From the human T2T-CHM13v2.0 reference genome, Homo sapiens, in assembly GCF_009914755.1 (NCBI RefSeq), contig NC_060948.1: a DNA stretch of 64,000 nt; one strand, given 5' to 3'. The position numbers were made by a program, and so were the translations under genes. Positions 53,156 through 64,000 of this stretch are shown piece after piece; positions within the stretch are counted from its first letter, which is position 1, and each line of letters opens with the position of its first letter. The notes under the pieces are model-generated. The model made no database searches. It saw nothing but the letters and a program-made list of their open reading frames with translations, and was not told the DNA's origin.

Positions 53156-54867
53156 CTGAAAATTGATTGAGGGGCTGTGACTCTCAGCTTTTATAATTCA
53201 AATTAGTATTTTGTCCACTTGACCTGGAAGTTTCCTGCTTACATAAATTAAGTAGGGATGCAATCGTCTTCCTATGAATTTCACTTCTACAGAAACTGTG
53301 ATTAATTAGACAATGCCAGAGCTCTATATGAGTCAAACTATTCTGATTTCTGCTTTGCCCCTGCTGTCTATTATGGTGGCTATGCCCATCTGGCCTTTGA
53401 TGGTTGAGCATCCCCACTTGTCCCCTGCCACCTTAGTATCCAATTATTCCCATTGCATTTAAATTTTGTAGTTAAGTGACTGTGGTTCCCACTGTTAGAT
53501 CTGTCATACAGAGAAGAGCAATTCATACAGAGCTCTTCAAAGATGCAGGTTCTGCCTTCACAAATCCATTTCACAAAGCATTGTTCAAGGATATATCTTC
53601 TGGACCCTCCCAGCTGGGATGAGTAGGTCTAAAGTGACTAATCCACTCCTCCATCCCAATCTCTACAAGCCTTTTGATCCCTTCCTCTACATTAAACCAA
53701 GGGAGAAAATCTGGCATTTCCAGCTCGCTCACAGTGGACCATCTTTTAATTTATAATTCAGCTAACAAAGCAAATAAACTATTAGAATATTTTTTAACTC
53801 CCTGAGGTGCAACATTAAATGCAGAATCCCTACCTAGTGGGCCCAAATCAAAAAAGTCAGCCTGATTCAACTCTATGTTCCTTCCACCATTATCCCACAC
53901 CCTTAATATCCATTCTCATGCCTGTTATCTAGATTCCTGCTTATACAAATTAGAAAACTCAAGCTGTTCTTTTCAAGTGTAGTGCACCTCCTCGTGGGTC
54001 ACACTCTGACCTCACCTCTATGGGCCCACTGGGACTTCAATCTAGTTATAGGTCTAGAAGCACACAAGGGTGTTCGGGGTGGGTATTGAGGAGAATCAAC
54101 ATTATCTTGCCTCGTAGCTGCCTCAGGAGAGGCCATCACTGTTGCCTCAGTTAGTGCAGGGTTTATCTCCTCAGACAAAGGTGGAAAGGCTGATGGCAGC
54201 ATGGGTCTTGGAGGGGATCTTGCCACTACTGGGGATGGGGAAGCTGTTTCTTCTGGTAAAAAGATTCATCAGAGTTTACAAGCTCAGTGTCCCCAGCTTC
54301 ATCAGGGTCCTCCCACACATCACCTTTCCAAGTTGCGGGGTCCCATTTTTTACAAATCAATGTCCTCACTTTAACAGTAGACACCTGGCAAGGCTGTGCA
54401 TGCACATTTTGTTGCAGGTCAGCCACTTGCATTTTAAGAACCTGTGTCAGATTTTCTACAATTTCAGCTCTTTCTCTACATGAGATAAGACTCTTGCTCA
54501 GGGCAATCTTAGAAGATTTGAGGCTTAGTATGTACTTCTGAAGATGGGAGTTAGAATCCCTGAGTTCAACATTTTTTTTCATCACTTTATCCAGTGGACT
54601 TAGGAGCAACCAACCAACTTTATTATGTTCTTGGGTTCTCCACATATGGTCAAAAGTATTATGTATAGGGTCATTAAACTCCTTGCCTCTCACAAGTGGT
54701 GAATCTGGAGTGTCTAATGTATTTATTTTGCATAATTCTCTAAACAGTTCATGCCAAGGACTATCAGTGTTCTCCACACTATTAAAAGTAGAGTCCTTAG
54801 CATTTTGAAGTCTAATCACATTAAGCAGCCAACTCCAGAAACCCCAAAACCAATGAAAGAACTCCAT
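53156..54867 (-). pseudogene. gag: HERV-L gag remnant
   Basis: ORF 54226-54867 FWGFWSWLLNVIR...VSTVKVRTLICKKWDPATWKGDVWEDPDEAGD, then disrupted frames. Confidence 0.85.
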
Positions 54868-55357
54868 CCTTAATATTCTGTTCCTCTAGAACCACTCCTG
54901 GTACCAATATCTGTATTAGTCAGGGTTCTCTAGAGGGACAGAACCAATATAATAGATGTATACACAAAGGGGAGTTTATTAATGAGTATTAACTCACATG
55001 ATCACAATGTCCCACAATAGGCCATCTGCAAGCTGAGGAGCAAGGAAGCCAGTACATTTTCCAAAGCTAAAGTACTTGGAGTCTGATATTCAAGGACAGG
55101 AAGCATGCAGCATGGGAGAAAGATGTAGGTTGGGAGGCTAAGGTATTCTAGTCTTTTCATGTTCTTCTGCCTGCTTTTTAGTCTGGCCCTGCTGGCAGCT
55201 GATTAGATTATGCCCACCTAGATTAAAGGTGGGTCTGCCTTTCCCAGTCCACTAACTCAAATGTTAATCTCCTTTGGCAACACCACCATAAAGACACCCA
55301 GGAGCAACACTTTGCATCTTTTAATTCAATCAAGTTCATACTCAGTTATCCATCACA

Positions 55358-58145
55358 ACCAGTGATAACTGTAAAGCAACCACACAGACAAGCCTGCACA
55401 ATAACAAGCTAACATCATGATGGCAGGATCAAAACCACACATATTAATGGTAACCTTGAGTGTTAATGGGCTAACTACCCCATTTAAAAGGCAGAGAGTT
55501 GCAAACTAAATAAAATGTAGGACTGAAAGCTATGCTGTCTTTAAGAGATCCATTTCACATTCAATGACACTCATAGTTTCAAAATAAAGGGATGGAGGAA
55601 AATCTATGAAGCAAATGGAAAACAGAAAAAAGAAGGGGTTGCAATTCTAATTTCAGACAAAGCAGACTTTAAACCAACAAAGATTTAAAAAAAGACAAAA
55701 GAAAACATTACATTATAGTATAGGGTTCAATTCAACAAAAGACCTAACTATCCAAAATATATATGTACCCAACATAGGAGCACCCAGATTCATAACGCAA
55801 ATTCTTAGAGACCAACACAGAGATTTAGACTTCCGTACAATAGCAGTGAGAGACTTCAACACTCCACTGACAGTATTAGACAGCTCATCAAGGCAGATAA
55901 TTACGAAGATATTGTATTAGTCAGGGTTCTTCAGGGGGACAGAACTAATAGGATATATGTATATAGTAAAGGGAATTTATTAAGGAGACTTGACTCACAC
56001 AATCACAAGGTGAAGTCTCACCATAGGCCATCTGCAAGCTGAGGAGCAAAAAAGCCGGTAGTGGCTTAGTCCAAGTCTGAAAGCCTCAAAAGCAGGAAAA
56101 CCAACAGTGCAGACTTCAGTCTGTGGCCAAAGGCTTGAGAACCCTTGGCAAACCACTAGTGCAAGTCCAAGAGTCCAAAAACTGAAAAACCTGGAGTCTG
56201 ATGTTTGAATGCAGGAACTATCCAGCACAGGAGAAAGCTGGAAGACTCAGCAAACCAGCTTATTCCACCTTCTTCTGCCTCCTTTTTCTAGCCATACTGG
56301 CAGCCTACTGGATGGTGCCCACCCAGATTGAGGGTGGTCTTCCTCTCCCAGTCCACTGACTCAAATGTTAATCTCTTTTGGCAACACCCTCACAGACACA
56401 CCCAGAAACAATAGTTTGCATCTATCAATACAGTAAAGTTGACACTTAATATTAATCATCACAGATATTCAGGACCTTAACTCAGCACTGGATCAATTAG
56501 ATCTCAAAGACATATACAGAACTCTGTAGTTAAAAAGTGATAGAATGTACATTCTTCTTACCACCACATGACACATACTCTAAAATTAACCACATAATCA
56601 GACATAAAACAATCTTCAGCAAATACAAAATCACTGAAATCATACCGAATACACTCTTGGACTGCAGCACAATAAAAATAGAGAGATGAAGACAAAAAAA
56701 ATCACTTGAAATCATGCAATTACATGGAAATACAAAAAAAACCTCCTTCTGAATGACTTTTGGGTAAATAAGGAAATTAAGGCAGAAATCAAGAAGTTCT
56801 TTGAAACCAATGAGAACAATGATAAAACAAACCTGAATCTCTGTGACACAGCTAAGTTAGTGTTAAGAGGAAAATTTATAACACTAAATGCCCACATAAA
56901 AATGTTAAAAAGATCTCAAGCTAACATCACAACTAAAAGAACTAGAGAAGCAACAAGAAACAAACTCCAAAACTAGCAGAAGACAATAAATAAGCAGATT
57001 CAGAGCAGAATTGAAGAAAATTGAGACATGAAAAACCAATAAAAAGATCAACAAATCCAGGAGTTGATTTTTTTTGGAAAAAAAATAATAAGATAGGCCA
57101 CTAACTAGACTATTAACAAGAAAAGAGAGAACATCCAAATAAATAGAATTAGAAATGACCAAGGGAATGTTACGACTTACTCCACAGAAATATTATACAA
57201 ATAACCATCAGAGACTATTATAAACACCTCTATGTACACAAACTACAAAACCTAGATGAGATGGACAGATTCTTGGACACATACACTGTCTCAAGACTGA
57301 CCCAGGAAGAATTTGATTCCCTGAACAGGCCAATAATGAGCTCCAAAATTGAATCAGTAATAAATAACCTACCAATCAAAAAAAAAAAAAAAAAAGGACT
57401 AAATGGATTCACAACCAATTTCTTACAGATGTACAAAGAACAGCTGGTACTATTCCTACTGAAAATATGCCAAAAAACTGAGGAGAAGAAACTCTTTCCT
57501 AACTCACTCATGAGGCCAGCATCATGCTGATACTAAAACCTGGAGGAGACTCAACCAAAAAATAAAACTTCAGGCAAATATTCTTGATGAACAAAGATGC
57601 AAAAATTCTCAACAAAATACTAGCAACATGAATCCAGCAGCACACCAAAAAGCTAGTCCACCACAATCGAGTAGGCTTTATTACTGAGATGCAAAGTTGG
57701 TTCAACACATACAAATAAATAAATGTGATTCATCTTATAAATAGAACTAAAACAAAAACCACCTAATAATCTCAATACATGCAGAAAAGACTTTTGATAA
57801 AATTCAACATATTTTCATGTTAAAAACTCTCAACAAACTAGGTATTGAAGGAACATACCTTAAAGTAATAAGATACATATATGGCAAACCCAGAGCCAAC
57901 ATTTTCCTGAGTAGGCAAATCCTAGAAGCATTCCCCTTGAAAACTGGCACAAGACAAAGATCCTCACTCTCACTACTCTTATGGAACATAGTACTGCAAG
58001 TCATGGACAGTGCAATCAGGCAAGAGAAAGATATAAAGACACCTAATTAGGAAGTCAAACTATCGCTGTTTTCAGATGATATCGCTCTATATCTAGAAAA
58101 CCCCATAGTCTCTGCCCTTAAGCTCCTTGATATAATAAACAACTA
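55358..58145 (+). mobile_element. L1 sense arm: inter-ORF spacer and ORF2, 3' end missing
   Basis: atgatggcaggatcaaaaccacacata ORF2 start region; ORFs [17 protein letters not shown] and [16 protein letters not shown]; stops shortly after the FADD-like region. Confidence 0.88.
55913..56463 (-). mobile_element. MLT2 solo LTR in L1 ORF2
   Basis: tgtattagtcagggttc...attaatcatcaca; TSD gatat on both sides. Confidence 0.92.
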
Positions 58146-60291
58146 TATGAGTAATAGACGTACAAGATTTTAACAGGTATATTTTCTTGTCTTTAGTTAA
58201 TGAAGTAGCATCTTTAAGTTGTTATAAGAACATAATCTCATTTATTTTTACTAAACAACTCATAATTTTCAAACCTGGAGAAATGCCTTAATTTGTGGAG
58301 ACAGCTTTAAAAAGTTGCAGCCCTGAGCATTTCCCCCTATATTGAACTTGACACCTCGCTATGTAACCTAAGTTTTTCCATCATAAAGTATCAAATAATC
58401 TATTATTTTCTTCCCTATGGACATGAAAATTGATAAATTTAATCCACATCTACTTCACAAAGTAAATGCCAGAGGAGAATGTAAGCCATATAGAAAATAA
58501 AATGTTCTAATGTTCATTTTGCTAGATGTTAGAATAGTGAATATACCCATGTACTATCTGTGATTCCACCATTTGGAAAAATATTCAGCAATTTTGATGT
58601 CTTAGATGAGATTCATTAAAAACAAGCCTGTGTACTAATGCTTTATTGGGGTGCAGCTTGGGATGGGAATATTAATCATGCAATTTCAGGGCATCCAGAG
58701 TAAGGAAAAGACAGATGACACAAAATAAAATGAGTGTGAAAAAGTCACCAATGGCTTAATGAGGAAACAGCTTTTTGCTTGATCACACGGGATATCTGAA
58801 AAGGCCATGGTGAATCATCATGCGTTAAAAGTTTATCTGTAAGAGAAAAGCAGAGCCATAGATCGTTAATTCTTCCTCTTTTCTGTGTTTTGACTCACTG
58901 CCCTTCTAGTCACTGGAGATGCCAGATTCCATGCTCTTTGCAGTTTAGCAGCTACATCTAAGTCCAGAAGTGCTGGGAAGAGCCATCGACTCCAAGGGTT
59001 AGATCAGATCAGACTGGTATACTAGGAAGTTACAACAAATGTTATGAGACTTTCTTGGAGTTTAGCCCTCACTTCAATGAATCCAAGACAATCAAGATTA
59101 TTAGGAGATGAGATGACATTGGTAGGATCTGGGGAATCTTCACTATTCAATAACAAAATCCAGGAGAAAAGTAGAGCTAAGTGGACCTGGGGAGCCACAT
59201 AATTTGGATTCCACATAGTTTACCTCTTTCACTATTTATATTAACTAGAAATTACCCATAATATCTGGCTCTGATACTGTAATGTGATATCTCCACTTTT
59301 GCACCAACTCACAAAAGATGGTGATAAACAGTGAAAAGATGGTAGTATCAACAGATTGTAAATCCTGTAAAGGAGTTACTACTGTAAATTACAGTGGTAA
59401 TTATCGAAACTGGGATATTAAGATGAGTGACCTATGACACAGTAAGATGAAAAAACTGAAACACAATAGAAGAAACATTTAGTAGGTCAATGTAATAATT
59501 CGGGTAAAATATGATGGGAGTTTTGGCCAGGATAGGTAGAAGGTGATGAGAAGTAGCCAGATTCTCAGATTCTAAAGACATTTTGAAGTAGAACCTAGCT
59601 GAGTTTGGCTGATGAAATGGATAAGAGATGTAAGGGAAAGAGGTGAGTAAATAATAAATCTAAGATTTGTGATTGTCATTTACTTAAATGGTAAATAATA
59701 CAGGAGCAACTTTTGGAAAGGAGAAATCAGGAGATTTTGGGGGTATGTTAATACTGAGATGCCTAGAGATCCAAGAGGGAATGCTGAGAAGACAATGGGA
59801 TGTATGAGTCTTGAATTCAGGGTAGAAGTTTATACTGGAGATAATAAATTTTGTTGCCATTGGCATAGAGATGTAATTTAAAGCCACAACATAGGTTAAT
59901 ACCATCTAGACATGACGGTGGGTAGATAAAGAATGTTATTAAGGCCTAGGTCACTCTAATTATTAAGGTCAGAGAAACGGGGAGGAAACCTTAAAAGCGA
60001 TTATGCACAAAAAAACAGAAATCAGAATAAAAAATAATATAGAATAATGTTGTTCTGGAATTAAAATGGAAAAAAAATAAATATTTCAAGTTGATGGAAA
60101 TCATCACCAGTGTCAAATACATAGTATGTCAAGATGGGAACTGAAAGTTAACCATTTCATTTAGGAACATGAATGTCATTGATGAACTTGACAATGGTTT
60201 TAATGCAAATGTGGGTATGAAGTTCTGAGTAGAGTGTATTTAAGGAAAAATTGGAAGAAAGGAAGAGGAGACAGTCTCTATAGACATTTCT

Positions 60292-60733
60292 TCTCAGGCA
60301 TCTGAGCCCAAGATAAGCCATCATATCCCCTGTGACCTGCATATATACATCCCGATGGCCTGAAGCAACTGAAGAATCACAAAAGAAGTGAAAATAGTCA
60401 GTCCCTGCCTTAACTGATGACACTCCACCATTGTGATTTGTTCCTGCCCCACCCTAACTGATCAATTAACCTTGTGACATTCCTTCTCCTAGACAATGAG
60501 TCTCAGAACCTCCTCACTGAACACCTTGTAACCCCTGCCTCTGCCTGCAAGAAAATAACCCCCTTTAACTATAATTTTCCACTACCTACCCAAATCCTAT
60601 AAAACTGCCCCACGCCTATCTCCCTTTGCTGACTCCTTTTTTGGACTCAGTCCGCCTTCACCCAGGTGATTAAAAAGCTTTATTGCTCACACAGAGCCTG
60701 TTTGGTGGTCTCTTCGCATGGATGCACATGACA
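60292..60733 (+). mobile_element. HERV-H solo LTR, LTR7C-like
   Basis: tctcaggcatctgagcccaag...gatgcacatgaca; distinct U3 block (cttgtgacattccttctcctagacaatgagtctc); TSD tttct. Confidence 0.9.
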
Positions 60734-61666
60734 TTTCTGTTAAGGAATTTTGCTTTAGTAGAAAGCAAATTCTGGTAGCTGGAAAAGCGTGGCATTAAAT
60801 GGGGGTAAATATTATTTTTTATGATTGAAAATAGAACATGTTTGAGTGTTAATACAAATAACCTGACAGAAAATGAAAATGTATGTGATGCAGAATGGAA
60901 AGGAGGAAACTGTGGGAGTGATGACCTTAAATAAGAAAGAGTGGTTGGGACTAAGTGAGCATGCAACAGTTGTTGGCATTTGCTGTCCACATGCACAATT
61001 CATCCACAGTAGAAGTAGGATGACAGAGTGAATTAGTTCAGATGCAGTTAATCTGATATTTGTGGTGAGATTTGGGGATATTTCCTCTGATGATTTTTTT
61101 TTGTTTTCACCGCGTATTATAAACCAAGGACATTAGCTGAGAGTGAAGAGGAAGAGGAATTTTTTCAGAGAATGTGTGAAATACTTGTTTAAAGTGTAGA
61201 AGAGTGAGTAGATTAGGAAAACAGTATAATTACTAAGAAGTCTTAAGAACCCAATTGGTTTTATGGTTATGAATTTAAAATGGATCTGTAAGCGTGTTTT
61301 TGTTTCTTTTTCTTCAGATAAGTTTGAATTCACGAGTTCAGGCAGATAGATTTAACCAGACTTGTGGTTTTGTGAAGTGAGTTAAACAAAATGAAAGAAG
61401 GGCAAAGAAGCTAAGTGTACTCAAAGAAGTGATTATTGTAACTGACCATTAAATTTACCCTAGGAAGAAGGAAAGTGAGAACAAGAGATGGGGAGAAACA
61501 GTGAAAATTTCCTAGAAGCAACAGATTGTAAATCTTGGTGGAGTAGTATAATTATTGAAACTGGAATATTAAGATGAGTGGGCTAGAAAAAGTAGATTTA
61601 ATAATCAGAGACTGGGATGTATAAAGTCAAGATTATGGAGGCATTACATGTGCTGATAATGGTAAG

Positions 61667-62130
61667 TGTCAGGTCTCTGAGCCCAAGCTAAGCCATCATA
61701 TCCCCTGTGACCTGCACGTATACATCCAGATGGCCTAAAGTAACTGAAGATCCACAAAAGAAGTGAAAATAGCCTTAACTGATGACATTCCACAATTGCG
61801 ATGTGTTTCTGCCCCATCCTAACTGATCAACGTACTTTGTAATCTCCCTGACCCTTAAGAAGGTTCTTTTTAATCTCCCCCACCCTTAAGAAGGTTCTTT
61901 GTAATTCTCCCCACCCTTGAGAATGTACTTTGTGAGATCCACCCTCTGCCTGCAAAACATTGCTCCTAACTCCACGGACTATCCCAAATCCTGTAAGAAC
62001 TAATGGTAATCCCACCACCCTTTGCTGACTCTCTTTTCAGACTCAGCCCATCTGCATCCAGGTGAAATAAATAGCCTTGTTGCTCACACAAAGCCTGTTT
62101 GGTGGTCTCTTCACACGGATGTGTGTGACA
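61667..62130 (+). mobile_element. HERV-H LTR7 solo LTR
   Basis: tgtcaggtctctgagcccaagctaagcc...ggatgtgtgtgaca; TSD gtaag/ataag; one more cccttaagaaggttcttt U3 repeat unit than the 46348 copy. Confidence 0.93.
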
Positions 62131-62169
62131 ATAAGGTCTTGGATTTGACAATAAAAATGAGAAACCGAG

Positions 62170-62540
62170 TGTATTAGTCCATTCTCACACTGCTATAAAG
62201 AAATACCCAAGACTGGGTAATTTATAAAGGAAGAGGGTTTAATTGACTCACAGTTCCACATGGCTGGTGAAGTCTTAGGAAACTTACAATAATGGAGGAA
62301 GGCAAAGAGGAAGCGAAGACCTTTTTCACATGGCATCAGGAGGGAGCAAAGTGTGCAAAGGAGGAATTTGCCAAACACTTATAAAGCCATCAGATCTCAT
62401 AAGAACTCACTCATTATCACAAGAACAGCATGGGGGAAACTGCCCACGTTTTAATCACCTCCCAACAGGTTTCTCTCTTAACACCTGGGGATTAAAATTC
62501 AAGATGAAATTTGGTTGGGACACAAAGCCTAACCATATCA
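62170..62540 (-). mobile_element. THE1D/MSTA-like MaLR solo LTR
   Basis: tgtattagtccattctcacactgctataaag...aaccatatca; TSD ccgag/ctgag. Confidence 0.9.
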
Positions 62541-62887
62541 CTGAGGTGAAACAAAGTACACGTTCACTGAAAAATATTTCAAGGACCTTTGATAACAGAA
62601 GACTGGAAAGATTATTCATAAGAATACAGAACACACAGCAAACCCATGCCAAGTGAGCAATGCATTTTCTTTAGCACTCTGTACTGTTGTTCTGAAGTAA
62701 AAGAACTGTTTCTGAAAATCAAACAAAATATTATAAAAGCTTCACAATCAAACAATTTGAAACAAACCATCAATTTAAATGTGCAAATAAATTTTAAAAG
62801 AAACATAAAATTAAAATTGCTATGAATTAGAAGTAGTGCTGGAGAAGTAAAAAAACAAAATATTTCAATGGATAAGGGATAGTGGAT

Positions 62888-63183
62888 ATTAAGGGTTGAA
62901 TTATGCCCTCACAAAAGACATGTTTAGGTCCTAATACCCAGCATCTCAGTATGTGACCTTGTTTGGAAATAGGGTTGTTACAGATGTAATTAGTTAAGTA
63001 AAGGTGAGGTTATACTAGAGTAAGATGGGGCCTCAATACAAAATGACTGAGGTCCTTATAAGAAGAAAAAGTCACACATGTGGAATAAATGACCTTTTAA
63101 AGACAGAGCCAGAGATTAGAGTGATGCTGCTACAAGTCAATCAATACAAGGATTGCCTGCAAACATCAGGAGATAGAAGAGCC
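62888..63183 (+). mobile_element. MLT1 (B/C-like) LTR, truncated by L1
   Basis: gggttgaattatgccctc...atgtgaccttgtttggaaataggg...cagatgtaattagttaag. Confidence 0.8.
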
Positions 63184-63184
63184 T

Positions 63185-64000
63185 TTTAACATGAAATGAT
63201 GTTGAATTTTATTGAAAGCCTTTTCTGCATGTATTGAGACTATCATGTAGATTTTTTCATTCTTTTTTATGTGATGAAGTAAATTTACAATTTGTATATG
63301 TTGAAACAACCTTGCATTCCAGGAATAAAGCCTACTTGATCGAGCTGGTTTAGCTTCTTGATGTACTACTGTATTCTGTTAGGTAATATTTTGTTGAGAA
63401 GTTTTGCATCTATATTCATCAAGGATCTTGACGTGAAGTACTCCTTTTTTTGTGTGTCTCTGCCAGGTTTTGGTATCTGAATAAAGCTGGCCTCATAGAA
63501 TGATTTAGGGAGGAGTCATTCCTCTGCATTTTTTTTTTAATAGTTTCAACAGGAATGGTATCAGCTGTTCTTTGTACATTTCATAGAATTAGGCTGTGAA
63601 TCAACCTGGTCCAGGGATTTTTCTGGTTGTTAGGCATTTTGTAACTTATTCAATTTTCAAACTCATTATTGGTGTATTCAGGGTTTCAATTTCTTCCTGT
63701 TTCAATCTTGGGAGGATGTATGTTTCCAGGAATTCATCCATTTTATATAGATTTTCTAGTTTGTGTGCATAGAATTGATTGTAACAGTCTCTGAGAATTA
63801 TTTTGTATTTCTGTTGAGTCGGTAATAATGTCACCTTTGTCATTTCTGATTGGGTTTATTTTAGTTCTCTCTTTATTAGTCTAGCTAGTGATCTATCAAT
63901 CATTTATTCTTTCAAAGAAACAACTTCTTATTCCTTTGATTTTTTTATTGTATAGATCTCAACTCTCAATTTCATTCAATTCAGCTCAGATTTTTGTTAT
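63185..64000 (-). mobile_element. L1 ORF2 fragment running off the window
   Basis: ORF YNQFYAHKLENLYKMDEFLETYILPRLKQEEIETLN. Confidence 0.9.

Larger units (their letters stand above)
49713..55357 (-). mobile_element. HERV-L provirus (MLT2A LTRs); 5' LTR 54912-55357, 3' LTR reduced to ~68 bp
   Basis: TSD accag (49708-12 / 55358-62); PBS-like ttggtaccaggagtgg next to the 5' LTR; gag, pol and dUTPase remnants, no env. Confidence 0.93.
59480..62600 (-). mobile_element. L2 LINE remnant split by three LTRs
   Basis: ggtgatgagaagtagccagattc...ttttgaagtagaa, gagatgcctagagatccaag, gtcattgatgaacttgacaa are L2-like blocks. Confidence 0.75.

Noticed and set aside
54226-54867. 213-aa HERV-L gag ORF as a domesticated gene
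   Set aside because: The frame breaks and the rest of gag/pol is disrupted; no sign of selection visible from one sequence
58630-59022. Possible ancient ERVL/MaLR-type LTR
   Set aside because: TG...ggtatac ends and composition are suggestive, but I cannot assign a family or TSD

Overview
Repeat-dominated, AT-rich primate genomic DNA; the Alu, L1PA and HERV-H LTR7 content points to human or another ape. I find no intact cellular protein-coding gene, and nearly all ORF-track entries are L1, ERV, MaLR or Alu fragments or chance ORFs. Main elements: a LOR1 provirus with both LTRs and a TSD (1824-10251), a near full-length old L1MA (~10.5-16.9 kb), nested L1PA/L1M/Alu/LTR stacks, an MST MaLR provirus (43069-45526), an HERV-L provirus (49713-55357), three HERV-H solo LTRs and an L2. 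The most interesting signal lies in the non-repeat islands: about 12 minus-strand segments bounded by splice-site motifs (39578 down to 739). Several join in frame but carry premature stops, suggesting a long-dead multi-exon gene, with weak RGS-domain-like motifs (inference only). The window also holds three 5'-inverted (twin-primed) L1s, a 104-bp templated insertion at a deletion junction, and several fold-back template-switch scars. Repeat subfamily names come from recognition by eye, not alignment, and boundaries without a TSD are approximate.
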